Shown: positions 40,289 through 54,241 of the stretch, piece by piece
Layout: each line of letters starts with the position of its first letter
How positions within the stretch are numbered: the stretch's first letter is position 1
NCBI GenBank assembly: GCA_964016885.1
Contig: OZ024746.1
Coordinates: 36,828,001 to 36,892,000 of the forward strand
Origin: Eledone cirrhosa
Lineage: Eukaryota
DNA length: 64,000 nt
Reading direction: 5' to 3'
Notes under the pieces: generated by a model
The model's database searches: none
What the model was told of the DNA's origin: nothing
The model's input: only the letters and a program-made list of their open reading frames with translations
Translations under genes and position numbers: made by a program

Positions 40289-42819
40289 ATGGATTTCTAC
40301 AGCATCACAACCTCACTTAAAGACACACCTATTCCAGGAAAACTGAATTCAACCAAGCTTCTGATTGAAAAGACCGACTCTTTTGTGCGAAGGCTTAGAT
40401 GGGTCACTTTTTTCCATGACCAGCGCTTAAAAGGAAATTTTTATATTAAGGAAGATAATAATATTGACTCTTTATTTAACTCTAGAAGAAATCCTCCTTT
40501 TAATAAAAACCTAGAACAGTTTGAAGATGAACTACCTAAAATTATACGAGGACTTAAATTCAAGAGAACACCTTATAGCAGACAGGAACACCTTATCAAT
40601 CTTAAGAATAACATTATCGACCTTAATATCTTCTAAAAAAGTTTTAGTTCATGCTGACAAAACCAATAATTTATACGGCGTAACTATAGATAAATATAAT
40701 AACCTTATCCTTAAGGAACTAAGGAAGAACTATCGCAAAACTAACCATGAGGAACTTGGATCTATTAATTCTGAAGCTTTTCAGAATTTCTTCTAAACTT
40801 GGTATCGAGAAAAAGACGGAACCCTTCTTCCCAAGAATTCCGAGGATTAATCTAAAAGATCGCAAAATTAATTTTCGAACGTAATTTCCTGTAAGACTAA
40901 TCGCCGCCTCTAAATCCGATCGGGGTTGTTAGTAAATCCATCTCGGATAGAATTACACCACAGTTTCGCTCTAACTGCTCTAATTCTCATTTAAATTTAT
41001 GATTCGGTACATCTGATGTAATAGACTGGTTCAATGACCCGATTAATAAAAACAAACAAAAATATATTCAGTTTGACATTACCAGTTACTATTCTTCTAT
41101 CTTTCCTTCACTCCTCAACAAAACTCTCTCTTATGCGTTTAAATATTCGGACATCACTACAGATGAATTGAACATCATTCTCACCGCAAGAAAAACTATC
41201 CTGGAATTCAACAACGAATATTGGAGAAGAGCTGATACTTCCAACAATTTTGTCACCATGGATTCGTCGGATTCAGCGCAATTGACGGACTTGGCTGGAA
41301 TCTTCATTTTGAACTATTTAAATCGGAAAATTCCTCAACTTCGTGGTGGAATTTATCGTGACGATGCCCTTTTTACTGTATACAACTGTAACATAGTAAA
41401 CCTTAATATTATCAAGAATAATATACTCAATCTTTTTAAGCACCTTAACCTAAAAATTGTATTTGAAAATAACGTTAACTTAGCTAACTTCTTAGATATG
41501 TCCCTTAATCTTGACACCGGCCTATATTACGCATACCATAAGGATAATGAGAACCTAAATTATGTAAAATTTAAATCAAACCACCCTATTAATGTTAAAA
41601 CTGCTATAGTCAGAAATGTTGAAAAAAGAATTTCTAATCTATATTCTAATAAACTCATCTTTGACGCTAAAGTCAATTATTACAATAACGCGCTATCTAG
41701 AGCTGGTTATCCAGACAGAATTAAATACACTAATGACACTAATCATGGCAGAACTTATAGTAATATAGCTCTCTATAAGCATTCCAATAACATAATATGG
41801 AGACCCAGTTATGAAAATATTATTTGGTACAACGCTCCTTTTTCTCTATCTATTATTAGTAATAAATATTCCTAAATTATTTTTTAGTGCGTTAGACAAA
41901 TGCTTCCCTCCTTCACATATATATAGTAAGATTTTTAATAAGCACACGATTACATTCTCTTATTCCACCACTTCCAACATTTCTAACATTATCTCAAAAC
42001 ATAATACTAAAGTATTAAAGAATAACTCATATCCATCAAACCCTGAGCGTCATAGTAATAACACTATACAGCCCGACGCCAATGTAAACTCTAGACAGGA
42101 TAATTTAAATATAAATACGACGTCAAACGTAATTTCGATGAATGCTCCTAGAAAATATATCTTAAATATTAATACGACGTCAAACATAATTTCGATGATT
42201 GCTCCTAGACATGATTACTTAAATATAAATACGACGTCAAACGTTTTTTTCGATGAATGCTCCTAATAGTAATCTAAATAAGGAAACATTAGCACCTCCT
42301 TTAGTTAATTTCTCCACTACAATTCCTTCTATAAATATTTCTGGGCCACTTGCAAGTAACTCTGTTAATAACATTAATCGTAAATGCAATTGCCCTAATA
42401 GAACTAAATGTCCTCTTAATAATCACTGTCTCGATAAAAATTTAGTATACGAATGTAAGGTGAAAAGTAGTACCAATTATTATACATACTTTGGCTCTAC
42501 TTCTACTTCTACTTCCTTCAAGGCAATATTATATAATCATTATTCATATTTTAAATACCCACTTAAAAGAACAAACACTGCACTCTCAGAACTCATCTGG
42601 GCCTTAAAAGACAAAAACATTAATTACAATATTTCTTGGCGTAAAATTTGCAATGCTTCTCCTTAATCCAACGCTTCCATATCTAGAACTTGTAATTTAT
42701 GTCTAGCCAAAAAATTTACAATTATCTCTAATTTTAACTCTATAATAAATTGACGCACAGATTTATTTTCGCTGTGCATCCATAAATCGCTTAGGTCAAT
42801 TCACGGAGTATACAGCTAA
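40289..42819 (+). pseudogene. PLE family D full-length ORF remnant (RT plus GIY-YIG), many disablements
   Basis: [82 protein letters not shown]; homologous to families A and C; 3' UTR extends to about 43885. Confidence 0.88.
42090..42265 (+). repeat. 3 x 57 bp coding tandem repeat in the RT-endonuclease linker
   Basis: AATACGACGTCAAAC at 42114, 42171, 42228 (LNINTTSNVISMNAPR repeats). Confidence 0.85.
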
Positions 42820-43804
42820 TATTTTACTCCATAATTAAGATTAAAAACTTTTTCTCACACATATATATCTTTTTTTTCCGCATATACCCCTTTTTTATCG
42901 CATATTTCTATAACGTTTTGGTCCCCTAATTTTTTTTATTTTAATTTTTTTTTAATTTTTAATTCACTATAGCAAACTCCTTTATCTACTTGGGGATACA
43001 CATTTTTTTTTAAATAGTTCATCTTTATATCAATTCTTCTCAATATTACTTTTTCCTAAGCCGCTATATTTCCCAATTTTTTACTTCAAATCTAGTAATA
43101 TTATCATTATGTGAATTTTGTAAACAAATTTTAACGTCATTTCCTCTTCTTCGTTTTATACTTTTTTCTTCTTTTTTTAATTTTTTCTGTCTTTGCTAAA
43201 ATAATTACTTCTTCACAGAAATACTTTTTCAATTACATTCTATTTAAACAAACTTGGACCTTATATAGTCTTCTAAACTTATTACCCTCATACATCTTTC
43301 AATTTATTTTGATTCGCCATATCTTATTTTACTTTATTTCATCTTAATATTTATTTTATCTTTAATAAAACCTTTTCGCACATCTTAATAAATCCTTCAG
43401 TATATAAACCCTAAATAAACCCTGAATAATTATATACTTAAATTCTATATCTGTAATCATGAACTTCATCACTCATAAACCTCATCAATTTTTAATTTTT
43501 TTATTTATTTATTTATAAATTTACAACCGTTTTTTTCAGTTATTGTTCAGTGGAGACAGCGTTTTTCAGTTTAAATGTTTATATATATATATATCCTTTC
43601 TCTTTCTGTATCCTCCCTCCTTCCTATACTCTTCCTCCATTATCCTTTCCTTCTTTTTTTTCCTTTCTTTCTCGTCCTTCCTTTTTTCCTCTTTCTTCCC
43701 TTTTTTCCAATCTTCTATATCCTTTAAAATGTATTTATTATATGTTGATTAGACACTACCTTGTTAACAAGTGTTTTTAAAGCATCATATGATGCATCTC
43801 TATT

Positions 43805-43866
43805 TTATCTGATGAGAACACAAATATCGTCCCAGGATGATATTTGTATTTGAAATGCGCATAACC
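43805..43866 (+). ncRNA. Type I HHR motif at the 3' end of family D
   Basis: CTGATGA-gaacacaaatatcgtc/gatgatatttgtattt-GAAA-tgcgc-ATA; palindromic ATGCGCAT. Confidence 0.72.
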
Positions 43867-44037
43867 ATCTTTAATTTCTTCTTATATATATATATACATA
43901 TATATATATATTTATTTATTTATTTATATTTATATATACTTATATATGTGTGTGTGTATGTGTGTGTACGTGTTGACGAGGTTTCTTACTCATATTTTTA
44001 TATTTATGCATATATATATATATACATATATACATAC

Positions 44038-44087
<50 letters not shown>

Positions 44088-44090
<3 letters not shown>

Positions 44091-44140
44091 TTTCAGAAGA
44101 TCCCATTAAGGGTGAAAGCAGCGATTATTTGCTTAAACTT
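44088..44140 (+). ncRNA. Type I HHR motif (family G; related copies 46508-46570 minus, 62706-62824 fold-back)
   Basis: gagttt-CAGAAGA-tccc/gggt-GAAA-gca..tgc-TT-aaactt; the copy at 62764 has CTGAAGA. Confidence 0.65.
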
Positions 44141-44150
44141 TAATCTGTTA

Positions 44151-44232
<82 letters not shown>

Positions 44233-44280
44233 GAGTCAGAGAGTGAGAGAGAGAGAGAGAGAGATAGAGAGAGAAAAATG

Positions 44281-45148
44281 GTTACACAACAGTTAGTTCA
44301 CCATACCGAGAACAATTGTTTCACCTTAGCGGATCCTCAACTCGTAATGGACATGGTTATACTGAACAGGAAGTACAACCGTACGAACGCGCATGCGCAG
44401 AAACCGGTTACTTCACACAGGCAATACTAAAATGCGTGGGAGAGGTGTAAGGGTTATAACTGTGAAAGTCCGAAAAGTTCTAGTTGATGAGAAAATTATG
44501 ATGTTGTAATTCTATCCGGATCTTTGTAGTTATGCAAAAGGTGTTACGAGACGTGTGGACAACGTGTGAAGAATTCCTTTCTAGTGTTTAGGCAATCAGT
44601 ATAGCATAATCTCTCTAGAATATTTATTCGTTCATCAATGCCTAGTCCACACGACGGATTTCGACTTGCGCATGCATTGGACTTGGTGATGGCTTTCCAT
44701 TGAATGAAGTATTCTATACTTGAGACCTTGAGGGACCATACGTGGCTCGCGAGTACCTAACGGTCAATTGGTGGTTCAGGAAACTTTGCTTAAATCGGTC
44801 CTCCGCTATGTATTGATGAACTAATAAATATTCTAAAGAGATTATGCAATAGTGATAGCCTAAACACGATTAATTATTCACACGCTGTCTACACGTCTCG
44901 AAACACCTCTTGCATAACTACAAAGCTCCGGATTTATTTATAACCACATCATCATTTTCTTATCAACTTGAAACTTTTCGGACTTTCACAGTTATCTTCC
45001 TTACTCCTCTCGCACGCACCTTTGTATTGCCTGTGTGAAGTGACCGGTTTCTGTCCTTCCTGTTCAGTATAACCATGCTCATTACGAGGTGAGGATCTGC
45101 TAAGGTGAAACAATTGTTCTCGGTATGGTGAAATAACTGTCGTGTAAC
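44281..45148. repeat. Diverged inverted repeat (~350 bp arms) with an HHR in each arm (44307-44344 minus, 45085-45122 plus; third copy 45441-45479)
   Basis: 44281-44640 is the approximate reverse complement of 44811-45148; cgag-NTGA(G/A)(G/T)A-tcc..ggt-GAAAC-aatt-GTT-ctcg. Confidence 0.8.
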
Positions 45149-45220
45149 AAGTTCTACCTAACTCGTCCCATGGACTGAGTGGTCTACCAATACGGATATT
45201 ACCTTCCAGTGTTCTAACAC

Positions 45221-45400
<180 letters not shown>

Positions 45401-46390
45401 TATATATATGCATACATACTTATATTACACATTATCAGTCCGAGCTGAATATCCGTGTAAGGTGAAACAATTATTCTCGGTATGTTGAATTATCTGTTGT
45501 GTTACTACTTATGTATATATAAATAAAGAGAGATAGATAGTTACAGAGAGATAGAGAGTGAGAGTGAAAGAGAAAGAGCGAGAGAGAGAGATATTTAAAC
45601 GTGTTTATATGATTCTATATTTTTATATATGTATTTGTATGTAGTTATATGTATTTACTGCACACTAAATATTCTTATCCTAATAATAATCAGTTTACCT
45701 ATGTTTATATATATTGTTTAGCCTATTAATTCATTAATAACTTATAATTCTCCCAATGATTGAAACTTTATCACTGAAATAGCTTCCATAAATGCTATAT
45801 GTTTTTTTTCTTAATATACTCTATAAAAATTATGCTTGGACTTGTTACTTTAATACGTCCATTTATAAACAGTTTTTCCTGATCCAATGATATTAATGTG
45901 GAGTCAAATATACGTGAATTAGATTTTGCTTGTCAAATAAATACTAGTTCGTTATGGCACGTTAATTGTCACTAATATATTTTAGTTCATGCGTTTAGTC
46001 TTCCATAAAATTTAAATTGTTTACATTTTTGTGTTGAAGACATCTGATATCGAAAATAAATATGTTATTGGTATCATCTAATTGATTCTGAAGAAATCAG
46101 TACGTTTAAACATGAAATATGGATCTTCTTGCTGTTTTGATAGGAACGTCAGTAAATCAATTAAGTATTTTAATATATTTTAATGCATGTTATTTTATTC
46201 TTTTCACATATGCTTCATGAAGGTACTGTGATTGGTAATTAACTGATTGGATTAAACTCTGAACTGTATTTTACTTATCATGGTGTAGGTAAATAAACTT
46301 ACACAAACAATGAGACACACAAGCACACTAACAATCAGACACACAGGCACAAATATATATATAGACTAAAATCTGAAGAGGGCTCGACAA

Positions 46391-46491
<101 letters not shown>

Positions 46492-46620
46492 ATTATAAAA
46501 AACCATAGAGCAAATATTTACTAAAATAACAGATTTAAGTTTAAACAAAGAATCGCTGCTTTCACCCTTATGTAATTTTGATAAGTTAATATATATATAT
46601 ATATACATGGATATTAATAC

Positions 46621-46965
46621 ATGGTAACTATCTTTATAAAACCATATTTATGTTGTTATATATATTTCAAGGGTACCAACATTTCGGTACGCGCTCATCA
46701 GATAAATACGAAAATTGTTTTATAAATATTAACATATCCAAAAGCAAGAACTTATCGTTTTAAATTCTTGTTTTTGGATATGTCAATATTTATGAAACAA
46801 TTTTTTTATTGTATCTAATGAGGGAGGACCAAAATGTTGGTTCCCTTGGAGTATATATAATAGAATAAATATGGTTTTATAAAGATAGTTTCCATAGAAG
46901 AAAACTGTAGAGTGCTTCGAATCTGTTATAAATAAATTTGTTGAATAGCCAACAAATTAAATATC
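46621..46965 (+). mobile_element. Fold-back hairpin element family F (diverged) with tail
   Basis: ATGG.AACTAT.TTTATAAAACCATATTTA...TAAATATGGTTTTATAAAGATAGTTTCCAT arms; CTCATCAG (antisense HHR core) at ~46694. Confidence 0.75.
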
Positions 46966-46967
46966 GC

Positions 46968-47735
46968 TTTATATATATATATATATATATATAAAACAGA
47001 GGATGTCTGTCTCTGTGTGTGTGAATTTGAATCCCTAAAACTCGAGAAACACCCAACCGACTGTTTTCAAACTTTACATATATAATACTTATGTATTTCA
47101 AATGTTCAATGCCCTAGGGACCGCATTAGGCGATTTAGCAATCACTCTTTAATTCTTAGTCTTTTTTCTTTTCGAATAGATACATACATATAACATCTCG
47201 CCCTTATAATATCTGTCTGTATGTCTGGCTGTCTGCATCACGTTACTTCCCTGAGGATGTATTCGTGTGTGTCTCTGTGAGTTTGAATCCCTAAAATTCG
47301 AGAAATACCCAACCAACCTTTTTCAAACTTTACATGTGTTTTACTTTTTTTCAGGGAGTGTTAGGCACATAACACGTTCAACTTGTTGATCCCCTAGGGC
47401 CCGCATTAGGGGAAAAACTGCGTTTTTTCAGGATTTAGGGGATTTTTTGAGACGTTACGTCAGACCGATTTCCTTGAAATTGTAACTATGTATTAGTCAG
47501 TCTCTCTTCATACCGGGAGCAAAGAAAATCCAACTTTTTATGGCCAAGGGCCCGCATTAGGTGAAAACATGATTTTTCCTACTTCATCCAGTAAAATCTT
47601 AAAGACTCCAGCCATCAGAGTATTCGGTTTTTTTCTTTACATATTGTCCAGGCATGTAGTTTTTCCACGATTAGGTTTTGTTGGCGGCACGCGTTCCAAA
47701 ATACCTCATCCCGTGCAAGCCGGGTACACTGCTAG
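46968..47735 (+). mobile_element. Non-autonomous Helitron-like element
   Basis: 5' T(T)TATATA..ATAAAA then TGTCTGT/GTGT; 3' hairpin CCCG-TGCAAGC-CGGG shortly before CTAG|T; internal direct repeats (47003-47078 and 47265-47335; CCGCATTAGG x3). Confidence 0.7.
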
Positions 47736-47744
47736 TATATATAT

Positions 47745-47808
<64 letters not shown>

Positions 47809-49001
47809 ATTGTTTCTTATTGTCAATTAACCTATTAAGTAAATACTAGTGTCTCTGCATGGCTTTGATTAGCCCCAAGTGCCACGTTATTGCACAGCAT
47901 TTCAAAATTGTCCTGCTGGCCAGATCAAGTATAACTCATTCTTATGCGAATTTTTTTTTCTAAAAAAAAATGCTCTGTCTATCATCTAATAATGCCGAAT
48001 TTTGGCATATACCACTATTTTCTTTTATAATCTTCCGCCAATCCTCACAATCCGCATAAACGCAATCTCATATAAACAACATTAACACTGCGCTTGAAAT
48101 CTAACCCGTACGCGCCAATCGATTTTCTTTCCGCCTTGCAAACACAAAATCACTGTTTATGTGTTATTTCCTGTTTACTTAACATATATAACGGAACTAT
48201 ATCTTCAGCCCAAAATTAAATGAATGGCTGACAAATTTACAAATCTCAATAAGACCATTAATGGGTCATTAGTCTTACATATTGGGCAGAGGTGCTGCTA
48301 AAAAAAATCCAACTTGAATTTATTGATCAGATTCTAAAACCTCAACAAACCGAAATGATACAATTTCCCTTCTCTCCTTCTCTCACTCATTACATTTTTT
48401 AAACATACCATCTTCCCTTCATCTAACTAATTGCGCACTATAACAACCCCCTGTATTTCGACACTCTCCGTGTCGCATCAACCATATATACAATCCGTCA
48501 TCTTCATACATTACTTTAAACACAAGACAATACAACACCACGCCCAATTTATTAATCATCACATGCTTCACTGGTATTATTTGACCCCCAATTTTGCAGT
48601 AAACGAGATTAATATGTTTAATAGGGTTCAAATCTCATCGATTAAATCTACGTTTTAAATTACAACATATCCAGGGCCGAAGCATACCAAAATCACATAT
48701 TTGAAATATAATATGTGTATGCAGTTTGGTGTATTTTCTGTGAGGAATTCCCTTACATCAAATCAAACATACGATTCCGTCAGACGTCGAATTCCAGATA
48801 TTTAGATTGAATATAATGTGTAAATATTAAAACACTCCAAGGGTCTGCGAAGGTGATGAACACAACCCTACGAAATACGCAAGTCATGAATAATTCCCAA
48901 TTGCAATGAATACTAATTACCAATTAAAAGATAACATTTTCCGGTATGCCAACCAATTCCATGGCATCAGATAATTTACATAGAGTGATACTTTTAATAT
49001 A

Positions 49002-49078
<77 letters not shown>

Positions 49079-50267
49079 TATAAATATATATATATTTATA
49101 AATATATATATACATGTTATATATTCACATACATACATGCATACAGGGAAGCCCACACTAGAATATATAGGTATATTGTTACACGTGTAGAAGTGTGTGT
49201 GTGTGAGTGTGTGAGCGGGTGTATGTGAGTGTGTATGTGTGTGTTTGTGTATGTGTGTGTGCGTGTCTGCATGTGTGTGTTATATTTGTTTTTCATTGCG
49301 CATATATTGAATTTTTTGTTCAATAAATCACTGCAGAAAATAATTAACGTGAACTTAAAATCTGTTTCTAATTAGATTCATATAATTGAAATGGTTCTAA
49401 ATTCGGACAAATTAGATTTCACTTTATTACGCTTTAGGCAGGAGTAAATTCCAATATTCTCAAGATTAGAATTTTGATGGAAGAAAATTCTCTGATAGTT
49501 ATTACTTTCGTTATCTTTAGGATATTTTTGATATAGGCGTATATGGGAATACATATGTCATTTTTAGATGAATGTCAGCTTATTTAATATATTACTTGAT
49601 ACTGCTAAAATGGAAGGAAATGATTTCTTATTACAAACTATAACATCTCTACGTACGTGATTTGAACCACCACCTATAAACTCCTAACCTTATTTCATAG
49701 AATACTATTTCGGTTACATCATATCTCGCATAGATACTAGCTTTAAGTGGAGGCATTTTTTTCAAAAAGTATACTAATATTACATCGTGCTTATATTGAG
49801 TTTTTTATGGCATGAATTATGTTCGGTTGTATTTGTTCGCTAAACCGAAACATATGTATGTGCCAATCACCATAGATTATGGCTAATTTAGTAGAAAAAA
49901 CTGAACATTCAGTAGATTTTGCGGTGATTTTAATCTTACCGCTTCACACATTCACAAATGTGTTATTTTATTTCTAGAAAATAGAAATTACTATCAATAC
50001 GGGTAGTTTCCCAAAATTAAGGGCCTATTTGTTTTCACTCATATCTATTGGCAAGGTAACCAATGGTAAACTATAGATACCTCAAAATACAATAAGTGTC
50101 TACAGATAATACATGCGCCTTCCGAAAGTATGGCAGAGCGAGCTCGGTACTCGCAAATAAAGGTGATTATTTTGATTTGTAAAATGTTCCTAATAGTAAA
50201 AAGTGACAAAGTGAAAAAAAGTATGAAAAGTGTCGAGAAATGTCAGTCCAACTTAATACCTCTCTCT

Positions 50268-50351
<84 letters not shown>

Positions 50352-50360
50352 ATATATATA

Positions 50361-51301
50361 TTTCGTTTCTGAATTTGTTTAGCAAGATTCTTTATCTGAA
50401 ATCGTGTGTTGAAACCGATATTGTTATACCTTGGGAGGGTCATGCTGCCAATAAGAAACACACGCACCAGTTGCTTCACTTCAATTTATTATATATTTAT
50501 AAATTTATAAATTTACAAATCTACAAACTTATAAAGTTCTGGTTGGTTGGTTGGTTCCACAACCAGATACTTCTTTATATATAGTCATACTCCTTTCGTC
50601 ACACACTCTGTGACCTCTTCAGTGACTGGGGATTCCTTTCTTTGTTTCTGTGCCTTTCCTTTCTTCTGTCCTACGCCATTTTGTTTCTGTGTGTGTGTTG
50701 TGTGCTCAGTTTGCGCATGCGCCACATCCGGGTGTCTGTGTGTGTTTGTGTTCATTTATCTATTTGTTTATTTATTTACATGTTGTTGGTTGGTTGTTTG
50801 TTCTATGTGTGTGTGTGTTTTCATTTTGTCCTTAATTGTAAGTTGTGATGTTGCTATTCCACTCATATTTTCTATTTAATTTTGGTTGTAATTCTTTTAT
50901 GCTTACTGCCTCTGTAATTTGCCTGAACATTGCATCTTTTCTGTGTGTGGAGTCTATTTTTATTTCTATGTTCTCTAATTTACCCTTGTGTTCTATCTTA
51001 GCATGTTGGTAGAGTACAGATGATTCTTTATTATCTTGAAGGTCTCGCCAGTGTTCATTTATCCGTTCCCCTATACTACGAGCTGTCTCACGTATGTACA
51101 CTATATTTTTGTTTCTACATTGTCCTTCAGTACATCTTATGCTATACACTACATTTCTAGTTTTACAGTTTATATGGGGGCTTATTTTACAGGTTATACA
51201 TTTCTTATTTATACATGAGGGTCTTTGGAACGGGAATGTCTTGCTAATAAGTGTTTTTATTTTTTTTATTTTTTATAAGTGTTTTTTACGGAGGTACCTG
51301 G
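50361..51301 (-). mobile_element. PLE family B 5'-truncated copy (GIY-YIG, 3' UTR, HHR at 50584-50626)
   Basis: ORF 50832..51149 VYIRETARSIGERINEH..HAKIEH..RQITEA..LNRKYEWNS; homologous to 3527-4365. Confidence 0.88.
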
Positions 51302-51582
51302 ACCAGGTACCTCCGTAAAACACACTTATTAGCAAGACATACCCGTTAGAATGTGTCCAGGTATCACGGGTATTGCCAATATAGGTTTGTTTTTATTGAT
51401 TTATCATTTTAAATCGAGACAGGCAAACCGTATTATTTTAATTAGTATTTTTCAATCTAGCTAACTTGGTCATTTGCAATGCGAACACATGTATACTTGT
51501 ATCAGGGTTTATCATATATTACATGGCTCAGAAATATTCCTTTCGTTGAGCTATTTAATTGCTAAAGACCATTTGAGTTTAT

Positions 51583-51685
<103 letters not shown>

Positions 51686-51731
51686 TAGATAGATATATAT
51701 ATATGTGTGGGTATATATATATATACGTATG

Positions 51732-51788
<57 letters not shown>

Positions 51789-51799
51789 ATATTTATATA

Positions 51800-52091
51800 A
51801 GGGATAACAACATATCGTTATAGGTAATCCAGTTAGAGGTTGTGAATACTTCGTATTGTGGATAGTTTTAGCGTAGGGCGTTGTTTGACTCAACACGGGG
51901 GTTACATAGATGGCGAGTTTATGATTTCACTTGTATTCCTATATAAGTTTATCTTAGAGTAATAACATTGAAAGAATGAAGAATAACATGGTCAACAGTA
52001 CAAAAAACGGTTTTATTTACAGTCTGACAATTGTTTCACTGATTAACTTGTCTAAAAATTGCTGAATACTTCAAGAAGTGCCACTCACTTT

Positions 52092-52095
<4 letters not shown>
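51800..52095. repeat. Interspersed PLE-end-like repeat (related copies 62835-63345 and 55483-55520) with degenerate HHR
   Basis: Shared ATCGTTATAGGTAATCCAGTTAG, GTGGATAGTTTTAGC, GAAGAATAACATGGTC; GAAACAATTGT(C/T) stem III motif. Confidence 0.6.
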
Positions 52096-52126
<31 letters not shown>

Positions 52127-52169
52127 GAAGAAAACGAAAAGTTAGTGATGCATCTAGACTCAGTTTAAT

Positions 52170-52262
52170 GCGTGTTGCAATTGTTTCGCCGGCAGATAGC
52201 TCGAGGCAGGTCAATGTATGGATCTGCCTGATTCTACAATTGCAGGTTCTTCGGACACATGC
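52170..52262 (-). ncRNA. HHR-like motif with extended stem II
   Basis: tgtgt-CCGAAGA-acctgc..aggcag/ctgcct..gccggc-GAAAC-aatt-GCA-acacg. Confidence 0.55.
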
Positions 52263-52304
52263 AATGCTTTCGGAGCAAATTTTGGAGCAAATATATATAC
52301 ACAC

Positions 52305-52341
<37 letters not shown>

Positions 52342-52371
52342 CACGCATACACATATAAATAATTAATATAT

Positions 52372-52431
<60 letters not shown>

Positions 52432-52702
52432 CAAATAATGGTAGATAAGACGGGGTAATTCAACGTAATTGTTTATTGCATTATATATATTTCCGTTACA
52501 TGGTTATTCACGTGACTTCGTCATATGCTAACACAATCATTGTTGCAGGTATGCAATCCTTGTTATAAACCGTTGGCCATGCATGTCCATCCAGTTCGGC
52601 ATATACCGAACAAACTTTAATATAGAAATCCACTTTCATTTGTTGTTATATATACTCTTCTAATGTATTGAGTACCTTACTGACTGTGATTATATATTTA
52701 TT

Positions 52703-52808
<106 letters not shown>

Positions 52809-53679
52809 TGTGTGTGTGTGTGTGTGTGTGTGCTTGTTTTTTTGTTTGTGTGTGTGTATCTCTGCATGTGTTTTTCTGCGTCTGCGTGTATGGTGTTTGG
52901 TAATGTAATTATTCCCTGTAAGTTGCACCAATACGAGAACACAATGCGATTACTTACACAGGATTATTCCAGTAGAAACTGTATTCTTACAGTATATGTA
53001 TATCGTGCTTTCAATTTAAAGAAAAATTAATAGCAGGGCTGTCTCCATATCAATGCAGTACAACACCTTACAAGCGTATTAACTATTAGACCACGAGAGG
53101 ATGGGCTTGTAATAAATTAGGTCATGTTATCATAACATAAACATTTCACCACATAAATACGTATTATTCTTATTGCGTGTATTATCAGTGTATTCATAAC
53201 CTGTGATATTATCTCATCACTGCTAAATACACATTATGCCATCAATTTTCTCGGATTGGAGGGACAAAAGCAGAGCCAATTAGGAAATATTCTTATACAT
53301 ACGTATGTACGATATATGATGAACTTCTGATAAACAGACGAAATCCAAGACTTACAAAACTCATTATATTGCCTTAATGAATATATATATATGTGTGTGT
53401 GTGTGTGCGTGTGATGGTAGCTAAGATGCTTCACTAGGCGGTATGCCTGTTGAGCACTCTATGCTCCTACGGAGAAGAGTATTATATAACGGAAAACGGT
53501 AATTGAAAATCAGTATTGCATCGGGACTCAATTTATTGTGTGTTACAATTGTTTCCCCGGTGAACAGCTCGAGGTGTCCTCTGTGTGTGGACATATATAT
53601 ATATAGAGAGAGAAAGAGGATACGCTCCGAAATCAATAGAAGTGTCCGAGGAACCTGCGAATCTAGAGTCAGGTGGATC

Positions 53680-53758
<79 letters not shown>

Positions 53759-53805
53759 TTATATATATATGTGTGTGTGTGTATATATATATACAATCAT
53801 ATTAT

Positions 53806-54241
53806 TAAATGGAAACTATATATATAAAACCATATTTATTTTATTATATTTATTTCAAGGGTACCAAGACAACATTGGTACGCTTTCATCAGATACAATA
53901 CAAGGTGTGTTTTATAAATAGAGACATACCCATGAAAACCATACCTTATCAGTTGGAAATTCACTATCCAGTGAATTTCCAACCGATAATGTATGATTTT
54001 CCAACCGATATCGTATGATTTTCATGGGTATGTCTCTATTTATAAAACACATTTTGTATTTTAACTGATGAAAGCGTACCAAAATGTTGGTACCCTTGAA
54101 ATATATATAATACAATAAATATGGATTAATAAATATAGTTTCCATTTATTGAATATCATTGAATATTTACTCCAGTAATTTGTTGAGTGCTCTAAGTCAG
54201 TTATAAACATTTATATTTGTCGGACTTCCAACAAATTAAAT
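53806..54241 (+). mobile_element. Fold-back hairpin element family F with HHR (54065-54110) and tail
   Basis: Arms 53806-53965 and 53971-54148; CTGATGA-aagcgtacca/tggtaccctt-GAAA-tatata-TA. Confidence 0.8.
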
